Below, one piece after another: positions 38,507-50,888 of a DNA stretch of 64,000 bases (position 1 is its first letter; the number at the start of each line of letters is the position of its first letter). Origin of the DNA: Takakia lepidozioides (lineage: Eukaryota; Plantae; Bryophyta); the NCBI GenBank assembly GCA_030704615.1, contig CM060731.1:26350001-26414000 (forward strand), written 5' to 3'. The translations under genes and the position numbers were made by a program. Under the pieces are notes generated by a model. That model was not told the DNA's origin, searched no databases, and worked only from the letters and a program-made list of their open reading frames with translations.

Positions 38507-39180
38507 CCTTTGTGGCCGATTTTAACATGAAAACATAATGTCAAGTGGGGCCTCAAACAGTGTGCGTTGCCGCACATTATTTGAGCTTCCAAGATAGGGG
38601 TGGAATGAACCTTACAGAGAGGCCCTGTGTGCACGATTTTCATATGAAAAAAACAATGAGAAAGGGGGCTCAAACAGTGTGCGTTGCCGTACACTGTTTG
38701 AGCTTCCAAATAGTGGTGGATTGAACCAGACAGACAGGCCCGTTTGTGGCCAATTTTCGTATGAAAAACAAGCACAAAGTTGGGGCTCAAGCAGTGTGCG
38801 TTGCCGCACACTATTTGAGCTTCCAAATAGTGGAGGATTGAACCAGACAGACATGCCCATTTTGGGGCCGATTTTCGTATCAAAAAACAAGCACAAAGTT
38901 AGGGCTCGAGTGGTGTGCGTTGCCGCACACCACTTGAGCTTCTTAATACGGTGTGGATTGAACCAGAGAGAGATGCCGTATGTAGGCGATTTTCATATCA
39001 AAACGACAAGCACAAATGGGGTCTGAAATTGTGTGCGTTGCCGACACTGATTGAGATTCTAGTCAGTGGTGAATTGAACCAGACAGAGAGGCCCAAATTG
39101 GCCGATTTTCACATAAAAAATGAAGCACAAGTGTGGGTCTCAAACAGTGTGCGTTGCCACACTCTGTTTGAGCTTCCAAG
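38507..39180. repeat. Continuation of the element C hairpin array
   Basis: Same CAGTGTGCGTTGCCGCACAC units as 32100-33920. Confidence 0.9.
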
Positions 39181-40463
39181 TAGGTTTGGACATCACTTGT
39201 ACCTTTTTTTTGGGTGCTCTAGAAGACTCCCCAATCGCCGGAGACCCTTTGCGCTTTGGACTGCTCTCTACACCAAGCATGTTCTAGAGCATCTCCCCCA
39301 TCCTCTTTTCCACTATCTGCTTCTTCGTGAGGCCAGCATCAACATCATCTTCGGCGTCCGTCTCTCCCTCGGATGCAGTCTCATCCTGATCACCTAATCT
39401 TGGAAGTATGGCGGGCTGCTGTTCTTCTTTAGAATCCTGCTCTTCCATCGCCAAACTTTCCTCTTTGCCCTCTTCTTCCTCCTTTTCCTCTTCGTCTACT
39501 CTTTCCATCCTCATTCTATATCTGGCTCTATTCCTGTCCCTAGTGCTCGTAAAGTATAACGACTTCATTCTCTTCCTCCTCCGGTCGAAACAAGGGCTCC
39601 CCACGCTGCCTCTAGAGCTCTCCAGTTTGACGTTTGTAACAAGGGTTGTTTTGGCATGTATCCAAAATAAAAATTGGACATTGTCAACCGTATTTGGATG
39701 CGGGTGTCATCATTGTGTGCGAACGGAATTCATCCATTTCGGCATCTTTATATTATCCAAGAAAAAAAGTACATCCGTTGCATGTACTTGTGATATATGT
39801 CAGATGTACTTCGCCGGCTGCCAATACATGGCAGCCTTCTTGCATTCTTTCAAATTCGGAAGTGCCGTAGAAATCTAATGCTAGTTCAATTTCGAGCAGT
39901 ACTTGCAGATTCGCAATAATTGTTATGCTTCACATATGCATCCACGTGTGTTGTACTGCCTACCCTACGGTTTGCATTTCGCCGTCACCGTCGCAATGGG
40001 GTCATTCAGTTTAAAGGGTTGTGACGGCAATGGTGATGTGTTGCACACATTCGTGCGAGGTGTCTCCCGGAGTGTCAGTGTTTGTGCTGTGCTCTTCTGG
40101 CACAACACAACCTCATTGGATTCGGGGTTTCCTGTTTACTGCTCTCCAGGGTTGTTGCCGTCTTTCCATAATGGATGGTTTCATGTCATGTTTAGGGTTT
40201 GCTTTTCATCCAAATACAGCACGGCTTCTTGTGGCTTCTTGTCTTTGAAAACAATTTTTCTGGTTGGTGTCTCTCAGTGTGGCTGAATGCGAAGTTCGGT
40301 GCATGTCATTCCTACATCCTTTGCATGCATCGCCCGTAGTCTTTGGGTCAGTGCTACCCTTATTTACCTCAGTTTGTTTGGGGTGGATCCCCTTTCGAGA
40401 ATTACGGGCTATCAGTTCGGGGGATCCGTTGTGAATAGCAACTTTGGGTCAGTGTAGGAAAAC

Positions 40464-43400
40464 ATGTCCAGGGAGCGAGATAGACTCGCTCGATTTCATT
40501 CCAATGCAGGTAGTCTTCCACTGACTGCTACTGCAGATGACAATGGGTTTGCAGTTGTTCATGAGGATGAGCTGGTTACAGTGTTCCCTCTGGAATTTGG
40601 TTCTCTGCTTGTTCAGAAAGAGGTGTATGACGAGGATGGGAATTTGGATTCTGGGCACTTGGAGAAACCATTGGTTGGCGAGTGTGGAAGGAAGTGGAGA
40701 GTCCTTCCAGGCACACATCGGGTCCTTGGAAAAGAGAGAAGACAATTAGCAGGATCAGTAGTTACCCCTGACACTGCAGCATCGGTCGTGCAGCAGAAGG
40801 GCACAGTTCATGTGAAACAAGAGGTGAGCACATCCACTACATTCGTGACTCTTTCAGACTCTTCCTCGGAGGATGTTTCTGAGATTCCTCCGCCAGTCCA
40901 GACTCCATTCCTGGATGATGACAAATTGCAGGAGATAGCGAGTGTCATTCCGAAATTGAAAGCCCTCGCAGGGGTGCCTGGGTGCAAGAGCGAGATGCGT
41001 TTTGTTGATTGGGAGTCCCTTCGTGTGCAGCGGGTTCAATACGTGCCAACAAAGTTTGATGGGGACATCTTGTTTGAGCTCAACCCTCCCACGTCTTCCA
41101 GTAGACTAGCTGGGCTTTTGCAAGGCATGAACAAGAACCATGACGGACACCCTTGGTGCAAAACAAAAATATCGAACATCCACAACGACATTGGATTGAA
41201 ATTTCGAAGGTCGATTTGTGTTGGGCATTGCAAGTGCGTGAATATTTCTTGCCCTCGCCTGAGAAACAGCGCTAAACCAAACAAAAGTGAGTGGGAAGGT
41301 ATGCCCCTGAATCCTTTCACCCCATTGCTTGCCCCTTCCAAGACCAATACTTTTGTATGCAGGTTCTGCAAACTTTCCCCGTCCTGCGTTTCTGTGTGTC
41401 ACGCTCGTATGTACCAGGTGGCACACCAATGCAAGATAATGACTCGTGCCTGCATTCATATGGGTACACACGAGCAATATCCTGTGTCCAAAGGAAGTTG
41501 CAGGGATAGCGTGGACATCGCTAGAAATCTGCTGAAGCAGGAGTTCCACAATGCCCCTTGTGCAACACCTTCTTCTATAGCGCTTGCAGCTAGCAAGGCA
41601 TTCCTGAAAAAACACATACTGGGTGAAGGGGATATGACACAACCAATGCTGGATGCAGAGTCGCTTGATGCAGTGATGGACCATTTTTGCGTGTTGAGCT
41701 CTCCCAATATTCGAAACCAGGTGAATGCACTTAGAATGGGCAGAAGCAGTGCTGGATTCATGGACAACATTATGGACCTCAAACGGAGAAGTTGCTATGA
41801 ATTCATTTAAAACAGTATCTTCCCTGGCCAGGGCTCGCCCAAGGTGTATTTGTTCAAGATGTCCACAGTGGGCGAAGGCGGTGGTGTGAATATAGTCCGC
41901 CGAATGCAACCTGGAAGAGATTTGGCTAAATGTTGGTTAATGTTTGATCATTGCAAACGGGTGAAGGGTTGGACAACCATGGCGTGCCATGTGTACGATC
42001 CAGCATACCGGCGTGTGCTCTCCATAGCAATTTGTGATATGCAATCGAAGGACACTGAATCCCAGATGCTCATGTGGAATTTGCTCCTGGCCGTCATGCA
42101 GCGGGCTTCATGGCTGATAGTGCACAGACAAATTTCAATGCAGTGCGGCACGTGTTTGGTTCGGGGGATCCTAAAGGTCCCAATGAAAAATAGGGAGCGC
42201 ACATGCCTCTTCTATTGGAGTCAATCTCTGGCACGTAATACAAAGCGCTGCATTCGCCCTGACCTTCAGTTGGAGCACAGAAGACTCTGCCTCAAATACA
42301 AAAATGCCACCTCAATGGGAGAAGCTGAGAGCACTTACCAAGCAATCCGGGCTTGGTGGTTCTCCTCTGGTGCTGCTACAGGTATCCACCTGAATGAGTT
42401 GGAGGACTGGTTGGTTTTCTGGCACTTCAGGTACAGACAGTGGGGAGCTTTCATGATGACGGTAAGCCTCTTCAATCCCAGAAACACAAATTTCACTTTG
42501 CATCGTGCCTATTCATTTGGGGTTGTTGGATTGTCACTTGCAGAACCTCTTCCATTTCCTTTCGTTCCTCACATTTGCATGCAATGCCTCCTGCAGGACA
42601 TGTCCTTGGAGGACTTGGCCGACATGCCATCCTATAATTTGGCGGAGACTGTTCACAACGCCTGGATGCAGCAGTCTACCAAAGCAGGACGTGACTTGTA
42701 TGTGGCCACTGCTGATGACATGGTGCGGGCACTTACACAACAAACCAGGTACCGCAATTTTCTGATGGGACGGGGCGGAGGCAAGAGCCCTGATACGACT
42801 TTGTTGATGCTAAGGGCTGCGAGTAGGTCCGGAGACCCATCGAAGATGGCCAGAGCTCTGAACAGATGCACTGAAGGCTCCCTTTTGCAATTCAGGATCC
42901 CCCATTTGGAAGGCGAGGAAAGATTTGGATCAGGCAAAAAGAAATTGAACACTCCTCCAGGGTCGGATGGAGATTCCCATCGGCCGGACAAGGTCAATTT
43001 CTCTGTACCAAAGGTGTCTCCAGTGTAGACTAAGTCGTGTGCCCGCCCCTCCCAAGTGGGTCCTCCTCCAGTGGAGCAGGTGCAGATCATGCAAACACAG
43101 CAGCAGGAATCCCATTGGAGGAGGTGGTGTCCATGGTGCATGAATCTGATTGCATTGACAGTGAGTGGCATATAGAACGCACCCCACCAGGATCTAGAGT
43201 GGCTTGCACGGCAATTCGGACCCCCTCTTTCAAGAAATGCAAATCAAAAATTTGCAAAGGCTCCAGGGGGACTCCAGCTCCAACATTCACAGGGTTGTTC
43301 CGACCTTATCATAGTGGGGAATCAAAGGACCACATGTTCTGGTTCTACCGGAACAGTTCGTCCTTTGGTGATAATGAAGCCCCCTCCCCCCACAATTTGG

Positions 43401-43961
43401 CTTGTGAAACTTGGGACGTCGCTGTCATCAACCGAGATAAGCATGCTGGAGGAGGGAGGGTTCTGTCTTGCACGGTCCCGGGTGGTGCCCTCATGCACTA
43501 TCGGCACAGATGTGCCACATGCTCTGGCAATGCCTCCACCCGGTGCCGACTCCCACCCAACAAAAAGAGATGGAAAAACAGTGCGCTGTGTCGCTTCGGG
43601 TGCAGATCACGACTGCAAGATGGAATCGGCTAGAATTTTGCAGGCTCGGGTGACTCGTATCACCGAAGTCCCTGCCCCGGGGTATGGACGGATTTACACA
43701 GTGCTGTCTATTGGCTCAGTTGTTACCGTGGGGAATTTCTCTACGTGCATTTGTCCGGATTTTGTAATGATGCGTGAGGGCGCTCTCGGCATGAGAGGGA
43801 AGTGGGTCCCCTGCAAGCATCAATATTATATATACCTTGTAATTATGTCCTGCGACGTTAAGAGAGACCAATTCATTCACCAAGCCACACTAGGCTATAG
43901 AGAAGTCATCACCCTTCTGCAGCGGGACACCTCACGTAGGGCTCCGCCAAATTCTCTTTGA
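40464..43961 (+). pseudogene. Element C transposase (GCM-like, MULE DDE, Cys-rich, SWIM)
   Basis: HDGHPWCKTKISNI; RACIHMGTH; MFDHCKRV; YNLAETVHNAW; CICPDF…CKHQYY. Intron at about 42462-42596, at the same position as in A and B. Stops at 41808 and 43026, plus frameshifts. Confidence 0.88.
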
Positions 43962-44380
43962 ACACATACGAGCCATGCCCGCTTCCCATGTTGGTTTCTA
44001 GGTTACCGTGTGAAGACTTTGCATTTAGGACAAACACATACATTTTGTTCACGGAACCAGGGCAAATGCACATGCCATTCATTGTAAGCGTCTATCTGTG
44101 AATTGAAATAAAGTGTGTCAATCATTCTGAGCTCAAATCTGCCATATTTTCATATTCCTCTTTTTGTGCAGGCATTGCACACATGGTGCATGGTGGCCCC
44201 CTTTGTTTTGTCCACGGTAATAGGCCCTCTTCCTACAATCCTCGCCTATAGGACCTGCTTCTCCAGCAAATTTGTGCCGCTCACGCTTCCCTGAAGCGTG
44301 AGCTCAGCTCACGCTTTGTAGCTACAACGTGAGCTCAGCTCCCAGGCTCACGGGGCTAGGCTCACGCCGTAGCTACGCTG

Positions 44381-46077
44381 GGTTCAAAGGCATGGCAGTC
44401 CATTTGGGCTGCATGGCTTAGAATGAAACCCAGTCTTTTCCAATCAACCCCCAAGCTGAAGGAAGAAGCTCTTCGTCAACCAATTTTTGGGAACCTCAAT
44501 GCCAACTCAGACTCCCTCATTCTCTGTTCCAAGAAATGGGTTGGTTGGGAGCAGGCAGGGATCACCAGTTTCTTTCACTTATGGAAAACAAGGACCTTCC
44601 TTCCCAAAGATATCATTTACCCAAAATCTCTTGGTTAGGAAAGCAGCGAGTTGGGATCAAATCGTCAATGAAATTCCAGATTTGTGAATCTCCGTATGTT
44701 CTTTTCCTGCTAATGTAAGATTTCTGCTAGCTTGGTTGGGGAGGGGCCAGCAAAACGGTTCAAAATTCGCATTCTATGGCACCATGCGAATGGGGTGCCA
44801 GATCTTTGGCTGGAAATTCTTGGCTCATCACGATGGTACCCTGGTTACGCCAATCTGGTCTCATGATTTGGAAACCGACATGTATGCGATCAGGGTCTTT
44901 TGCAAAGACACTGGGAAATGTGACCCAATCCCACCTATTAATATTCAGTATTATTTTGGAACCTTCAACTGGTTCTTATCTGCTCCTTTACAATTGCTGC
45001 AATTTGACCCAGCGGAATGGAACTGGATGACTAAAAAGCATGATTCATTCTTGGGCTACAAAGTCAAGCTAGGCTACTCCATGTTAAGATTGCCTGCCTC
45101 TTTTGTGGCTAAATGGAACACGAAGTGGGGACATCTTCCCAGTCTGCCACATAACTAGCAATCAATTTGGAAGGATGTTTGGAGGAAGGATCGAGCGGCG
45201 AAACTTGCTGGGTTCCTACGGAAGATAGTTAACCGTATTCTGCTTGTTCTTCAATTCATTCCAGATACTACTGATCACTGTCGTGTACGCAATCTAAGAC
45301 AGTCTAAATCGTTGGAACATTGCCTGGTAGAGTGCCCCTTCGCTTCCTTTGTCTGGAATCGTATACAGATGTTTTACCAGGTTTGGAACCCAACGATTTC
45401 CCTTCAGACCTCGGTACTCTTACTCAACATCCGCGAAGGAGCTATCTGGAGTCAATGCCCAGTATGGGCTTGCCTTAGAGCAAACTCACTCTGGAATATA
45501 TGGAAAAGTAGGTGTTCCCTTGTTTTGGGGGGGCTGCAGCCTTGTGTGAAGAAATCGCTTTACAGGGTTCACTCAGACTTATTGTCTGAGGCACGGAAGG
45601 CTTGGAATGTTTTGTGTGCAGCTGCTTCTCGATGTGCGCAAGGAAGGAGACAACAGCTATTATTTAGCTTTGATAACTCTTGGGGACAAGGGAACTTCAT
45701 CTGTTCAAGAACATCCTACTCATCGATTGTTTGGCACGACAACATCCCGACATGTTGGAAGCTCGACTTGCGCACAACAATCAATGGAGCAGGAAGAATC
45801 CGACGTGAACTGGAGGCACAAAAGAACCTCTAGAAAGGGCATATCTAAAGCCCACCTCTCATTTGAATCCTCTAGACGCAGAATCAATGACCCTCTGTAG
45901 TCTCGTCTTGCTGCTATGGAACCTACTTATCCTTAGCTTCCTGCAGCCTCACATAGTTTGGATACGGGGCAGTGACTCCTTTTTCATCCTTATGGTTGTT
46001 TTCCTGAGGTTATTTTTTCCTCAGTATAAAATTCTCCAGGGCGTCAGCCTCTGTATATATATATATATATATATATT
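44381..46077 (+). mobile_element. LINE (L1-like) 3' fragment: ORF2 C-terminal zinc-finger region, degenerate, ending at a (TA)n tract
   Basis: IWKDVWRK…KLAGFL…DHC…SLEHCLVECPFASFVW…LWNIWKSRC, a zf-RVT-type pattern; many stops; (TA)n at 46054-46077. Confidence 0.7.
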
Positions 46078-46647
46078 ATGTGAAAATGAAAATGATCATG
46101 ATTGTCGATTAGATTGAATCTCCAAGGTGAGTGGGAAAGATGAAGGTGGTGGAAGGCCTCCATCTCTTCCGCTTCAGTTTCAGTTTTTGCTGAGGGCCTG
46201 AGGGCCTGTGATGGTGCCTGACAAGGCTGTATGGTGATGTGCTGTGACTCTCCAGTGTTTCTGTCAGAAATCATTTTCACTTTTGATCACAAACTGTCTA
46301 ATCACTCTCTTGCATGGGCACATTCTCTCCCTTTAGGTGAATGGTGGCTATGGCCGCAAGTCTTTGGCAAACAACGTCTCGGGAGTACATTCTCTCTTTG
46401 TGTCAATAAATTGGGGACTAGAGCTCCAGCGGTAGAATCAACACTGGGTGTTCTAGCATACGCGAGAACTTCCGTGAATACCCAATTCCCTGAAGCCAGA
46501 TTGGCATTGGCTATTAGCTGCCATAACAGGCTGGGTCGATATCCCTTGGGAACTTTGCCTTAAGTGTACATCAGCCAGATTTACAGGGAACAGTCAATGA
46601 GAAGAGTCTCTACATATCACCGTATGTTGTGCTTCAGCAAACAATGT

Positions 46648-49600
46648 TCAAACAGAAGCCTCTTTTTTATGAGGACGCCAAGTGTGCAGTGTCTTGTACC
46701 AGCGGGCACACATTACAAAGAACCCCAGGTTCACAGTGCTCATTACTGCCAAGAGCCAAAAAAAATAGTCGATGTGACCTTGGTTAAGATTGTCTGCAAT
46801 CCAGCCAGGTTTGGAATCCCTTGTGGTGATGTGGGTTACAACTGTCACCAGCACGCTACTAAGGAAGCTCCCCAAGGCAACAGTCAGCAATGCAAAAGCA
46901 GTCCCCAAGCCTCGAATTGCATCTGGACTTTCGTTGTAGAAAAACTCATACATTCCTATGAATGCAAAAACCTCTGACGCTCCTACCAAAAAGTACTGGG
47001 GCACTTGCCAGAATACGGTCATCGGGACAGGTGTACTGGGGTCATCTAGTAATCCATGATCCCTTGCCACTTTTAAGCGTTTAATTTCCACCATGGCAGC
47101 TGCCAGCATAGCAAAGATCGATATTCCAAGCCCAATTCCTATGCGCTGCAGCTCTGTGAAACCCCTTCGATTGTGAGTAAAGCAGCTCGCCACACGCACT
47201 ATGACCCAATCATAAAATGGGACCCAGAAAGCCACACTAAGGAGTTCAAAGACTGTGAGCGAGGCAGGAGGGATCTTGAAGTGGCCCATACTAACGTCCA
47301 TGGTAGCTCCTTGCACCACAAATAGAGTAGAAAGCTGATTGTACACTGTTGAAAACATGGCGCTACTTGCCATTATAGGTATCATACGCACTAGCACTTT
47401 CACCTGCAAGAAACTCAATATCATGACAGTAAGTTCCTTGCCATTTTTACAGCATCTATCATAATGAGACAACTTCCATTCCTGACTAGACTAAAGGTTG
47501 CAATGACGGTAACCTTGGGTTTGTTTAAACTGGATGCGAGGAGGGCTGAACAGAGAACACGCTTAGAAACCCGTTGAGAAACGGTCACTGACCAACTTGA
47601 GCTCGCTATGTGAAAAATTACCTCCAAGCCAATTTCATAGGCATAATCTGTCCCAGCTTAATGACTACACGTGGGGGCTTTGAGAATATTGACACTCATA
47701 GGAAAGAAAGACTGTAAACACAACTGACTTATTTCCTGATGATGCTAACCAAGCCGACTAGACTATGACGGATAAATCTCACAAGCCTAGTCGAGTAAGA
47801 AAGATTCTGGGAGGAAGATTCTTCCCAAATAATGGTAGGGAATCTTTTTAACAGTTTGATGTCTTGTGTGACCACCTGTAGCTTTGCTTAAGCAGCCAAA
47901 GACGCTTTACTATCTCAGACAAAGATACTGATACCTCTTCAACTTGTGTCACAGTGCATAGTCGCCATGGTGTCAAAGGGGTCTCATTGATCTTGTCTTC
48001 CTCTACTTCCACAGCTGCTTTGTCAAGAAACCTGCAACAGACCAACCATAGCATGCTACCTCAAGGGGGGGAGGGCGAGAGAGCGATATTTCATCCAAAA
48101 ACTCCAGACCTTCATGACTATATCCAATACAACGATCACAAAGTCATGATGACTCTTCATCTTTAACAGAATGCTAACTCTGTCATGGGTTGAGTTGCAA
48201 CAAGCATAGTTTACTAATACATGAGGTTCCCAACTGAGAACAGAAAGAGGGGTGCCATTTATCCAGATACAAAAACTGCCTGAGCCTAAGAGTAAAATAT
48301 ACAAGACCAGCTTTGACCTCACTGGACCGAAACAGCATACATGATTCTTATGTTGGACACAAGGAGACAGTCGAGAAATATCACATACCGAAATTCATCA
48401 GTATGGCGGATTTTCCGGCTACCTTGAATGGATGACTCCATCTCTACTGGAACCTCATAGAGAAGGTCAGTGTTAGACGGAGCCTTCAGATGCCACTTGC
48501 GCAAAGATGCAACCACTACTTGTGCAATGCGAGCCAATGGATTGCCACCAGGTGGATGATGCCGATAGAAAGGAGTACCCGCAAGGAAGCACAAGGTTCC
48601 AATGACAACAGCTATAAGAGAGGCCCCGAAACCCAATCCCCAGCTCACATTATCTTGAATGTAAACCAAAAATGTCCCAGCCAAGAGCCCTCCAATGTTG
48701 ATTGACTGGTAATACCAGTTGAAAAAAGAGGTCTTCAGGTTCTTCTCATCTGGATCCTCCTCGTCAAACTGGTCAGCACCCAGTGAGGTCACTACGGACT
48801 GAAATGCCCCGGCCCCTAGGTCTACAACGTAGAGGGAAAAGTAAAAGAAAGCAGCTTGTGCAGTGGAAGGACGAGGGCAAGTTGCATCCTGGCTTGGGCA
48901 TTGGGACGGCCTTAGTGATGTGAGGGCAGTTGATAACGTCAGAAAAATCATACCCTGCCAATTGCTCTGTGTGAGACAAAGAAAGAAAGGAAAATGTTTA
49001 CTATACCTGCAGAAAAGAGAAAACGGAAAGGTACCTTGGTCTAAAAAAGTGGGAGCTCATTTGGTTTCTGCCAACCACAGATAGGGATGGATATAGAAGG
49101 GGCAAGAGAGACAGACAGAAAAGTACTTCTGCCACCCTATTCCTGAAGCTGTATAACCATAGACCTCAACTCCTCATTGGAGGCAGCATAATGGAGGGGG
49201 ACACACATGTGGAACAAACAATAAAGTGAAAATGGAATATCATCCGCAAACGGAGGGTGGGCTTACAATGACATAAATGAAGGTAAACACAAATGAGGCC
49301 CAATACCGACCCCAGTAGGCATCTGCCAGAAAGGCTCCAATCAGGGGTGTTATGTAGCCCGTTCCATTCCAGTTGCTCACATTTGTCGCTGCAGCTGAAT
49401 TACTCTCATGCATCACGGATGTCATGTAGATTACTAGATTGGTGGAGCATCCATAGAACCCCAGATTTGCAAACACCTGGTTTGCTGTCCCCCCCCCCCG
49501 AGTGCACACACAGTCACATTTTGGCACCATCACTTGATTGTGACTTGTTTATCTATCTCCAATTCATTTGTCATCTGAATACTTCTTCCTCTGTCTCATC

Positions 49601-50888
49601 ATCTCTGGTCCTTACAGTGACCGCATGCTACCCAGATGGTTACAATCTGCACTTTCTATCTTCACTGAATGGCCAGTGCTGTGTTCCAGAAGGAAATAGA
49701 TTTGCTGATATAACACCATGGTATTTGTACAACACCAATGCCACCCTTACATAAACCCAGTTTTATACCACTGGATTAACACCAGCATGCGTGTGAGCTT
49801 TACAGCAGTCTAAGACATCTTCCTGTGAACCCTCTTGATGAATCAACATTCTGTAAGGACCATGGAAGGTATTGCCACATACGCTTGACAAGTAAAGGTC
49901 ATAGATATTCTCTCTCAGTTTATCTTTGCAGCAATTAGTGTTCAACATACCTCAAACCTAAGTAGTTACAAGAACGGGGAAACGTGCTCAGTCCGGGCAT
50001 GTCATACCATAGACAAACCAGGAAGTCTTCCAGCCACCAGTCCTGCGTTTGACAGCCCGTCGTCCACGATAGTCCACTGTGCCATCTTTGGTGTATAAGT
50101 CAGGGATTTTCTCTGTAGAAGTCTCCATATCCCCATCCTCCCTTCCCAATGCGTCTGCCTGCACATGCAATTAGATTGGATGAGGGCACAGACAGCATCA
50201 TACTGATTAGAATTTTCTTTGCTAGTTGGCAGCCAAGACCCTCGCCCTGTTCGGCAGGGAGAATAACGGCATACGAAATAGGCGCTACTAGTCCGCTTCA
50301 GTAGAGGCACTTGCATTCACAATTGAAGTTGATTCTGCCCTCGCAAATTCCTCAAGGCCTCTGCCTTCACATCAATTTGACACGGGTTATCGTGCCCACA
50401 TGCGCGATGAGAGAGAGTGGACAGGTTCGTTGTTCCCTCAGCAAAGAGATCGACTTGCACCCAGTGCCAGTCCTGAGTAGGATGACGCCAAGACTTCCGA
50501 CAAGTCCAGGACTTCACACCGGAGACAAGGCCATGGTCTCTCTCTCTCTCTCAAAAGGTTTTGCAAACAACGTGTCATGAGTACATTCTCTCAAAAGATT
50601 TATTGCATGAGAGTCCCAATTTCTAGCAATGCAAGCACCGATATGTCCAACGCTCACTTTAGGGCGTGTTCTTAAAGAAAGACTCCTCAAAAAAACCAAT
50701 CTTGGCTGGAAATTCAAGAGAAAATCGAGGAAGTCAAAAAACAATGAGAGTTCGAGGAAATGTTGAGCATCTTGCTTGCAACCGCTCTCTAATCTTGGCT
50801 GTCCCTCAATTACATGATGACAAAGGGCCAAAGAGTGCACAGCTACCGTTGTATCACCCTCTGTCTCTCCCAATAAAGCTTCCTTCAT
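46648..50888 (-). CDS. NPF: NRT1/PTR (NPF) family transporter, apparently intact
   Basis: Exons 50008-50158 (DLYTKDGTVD…TGGW), 49267-49484 (PLIGAFLADAYWGRY), 48389-48954 (GADQFDE…SFFNW…PPGGNPL), 47935-48031 (FLDKAAV…WRLCTVTQVEE), 46648-47403 (LQRIGIG…WQVPQY…EFFY…SLG…DYFFWLL). Phase-compatible GT-AG junctions. The first exon 50847-50888 (MKEALLGETEGDTT) is tentative; alternative start at about 50128. Confidence 0.93.

Larger units (their letters stand above)
29467..39604 (-). pseudogene. Element C cargo gene, 5' part (N-terminus, ParB-like domain, middle region; MTase exons expected beyond A, outside the window)
   Basis: First exon KSLYFTSTR (39284-39604); ParB exon 31467-32055 (LKIPLCRLVSMLVVRP…FHVWDGNHRLLAW); exons homologous to A (SHVKTSLVHTLYRIQRIG, LRIADP, WLHKATYW, FFREFSK, TGILYDWGP). 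Confidence 0.82.
29467..44380 (+). mobile_element. Element C: Mutator-like transposon with ParB-(MTase) cargo; outermost element, interrupted by A and D
   Basis: Right terminus (reverse complement CAGCGTAGCTACGGCGTGAGCC) at 44380 with subterminal GCTCAC/GTGAGC repeats. Transposase on plus strand; cargo gene on minus strand, truncated at the A junction. Confidence 0.85.

Noticed and set aside
33921-44380. One element bounded by the similar TIRs at 33921 and 44380
   Set aside because: Those two ends share no TSD. The 33921 end pairs with about 38506 by TSD, and C's array and gene resume after it.
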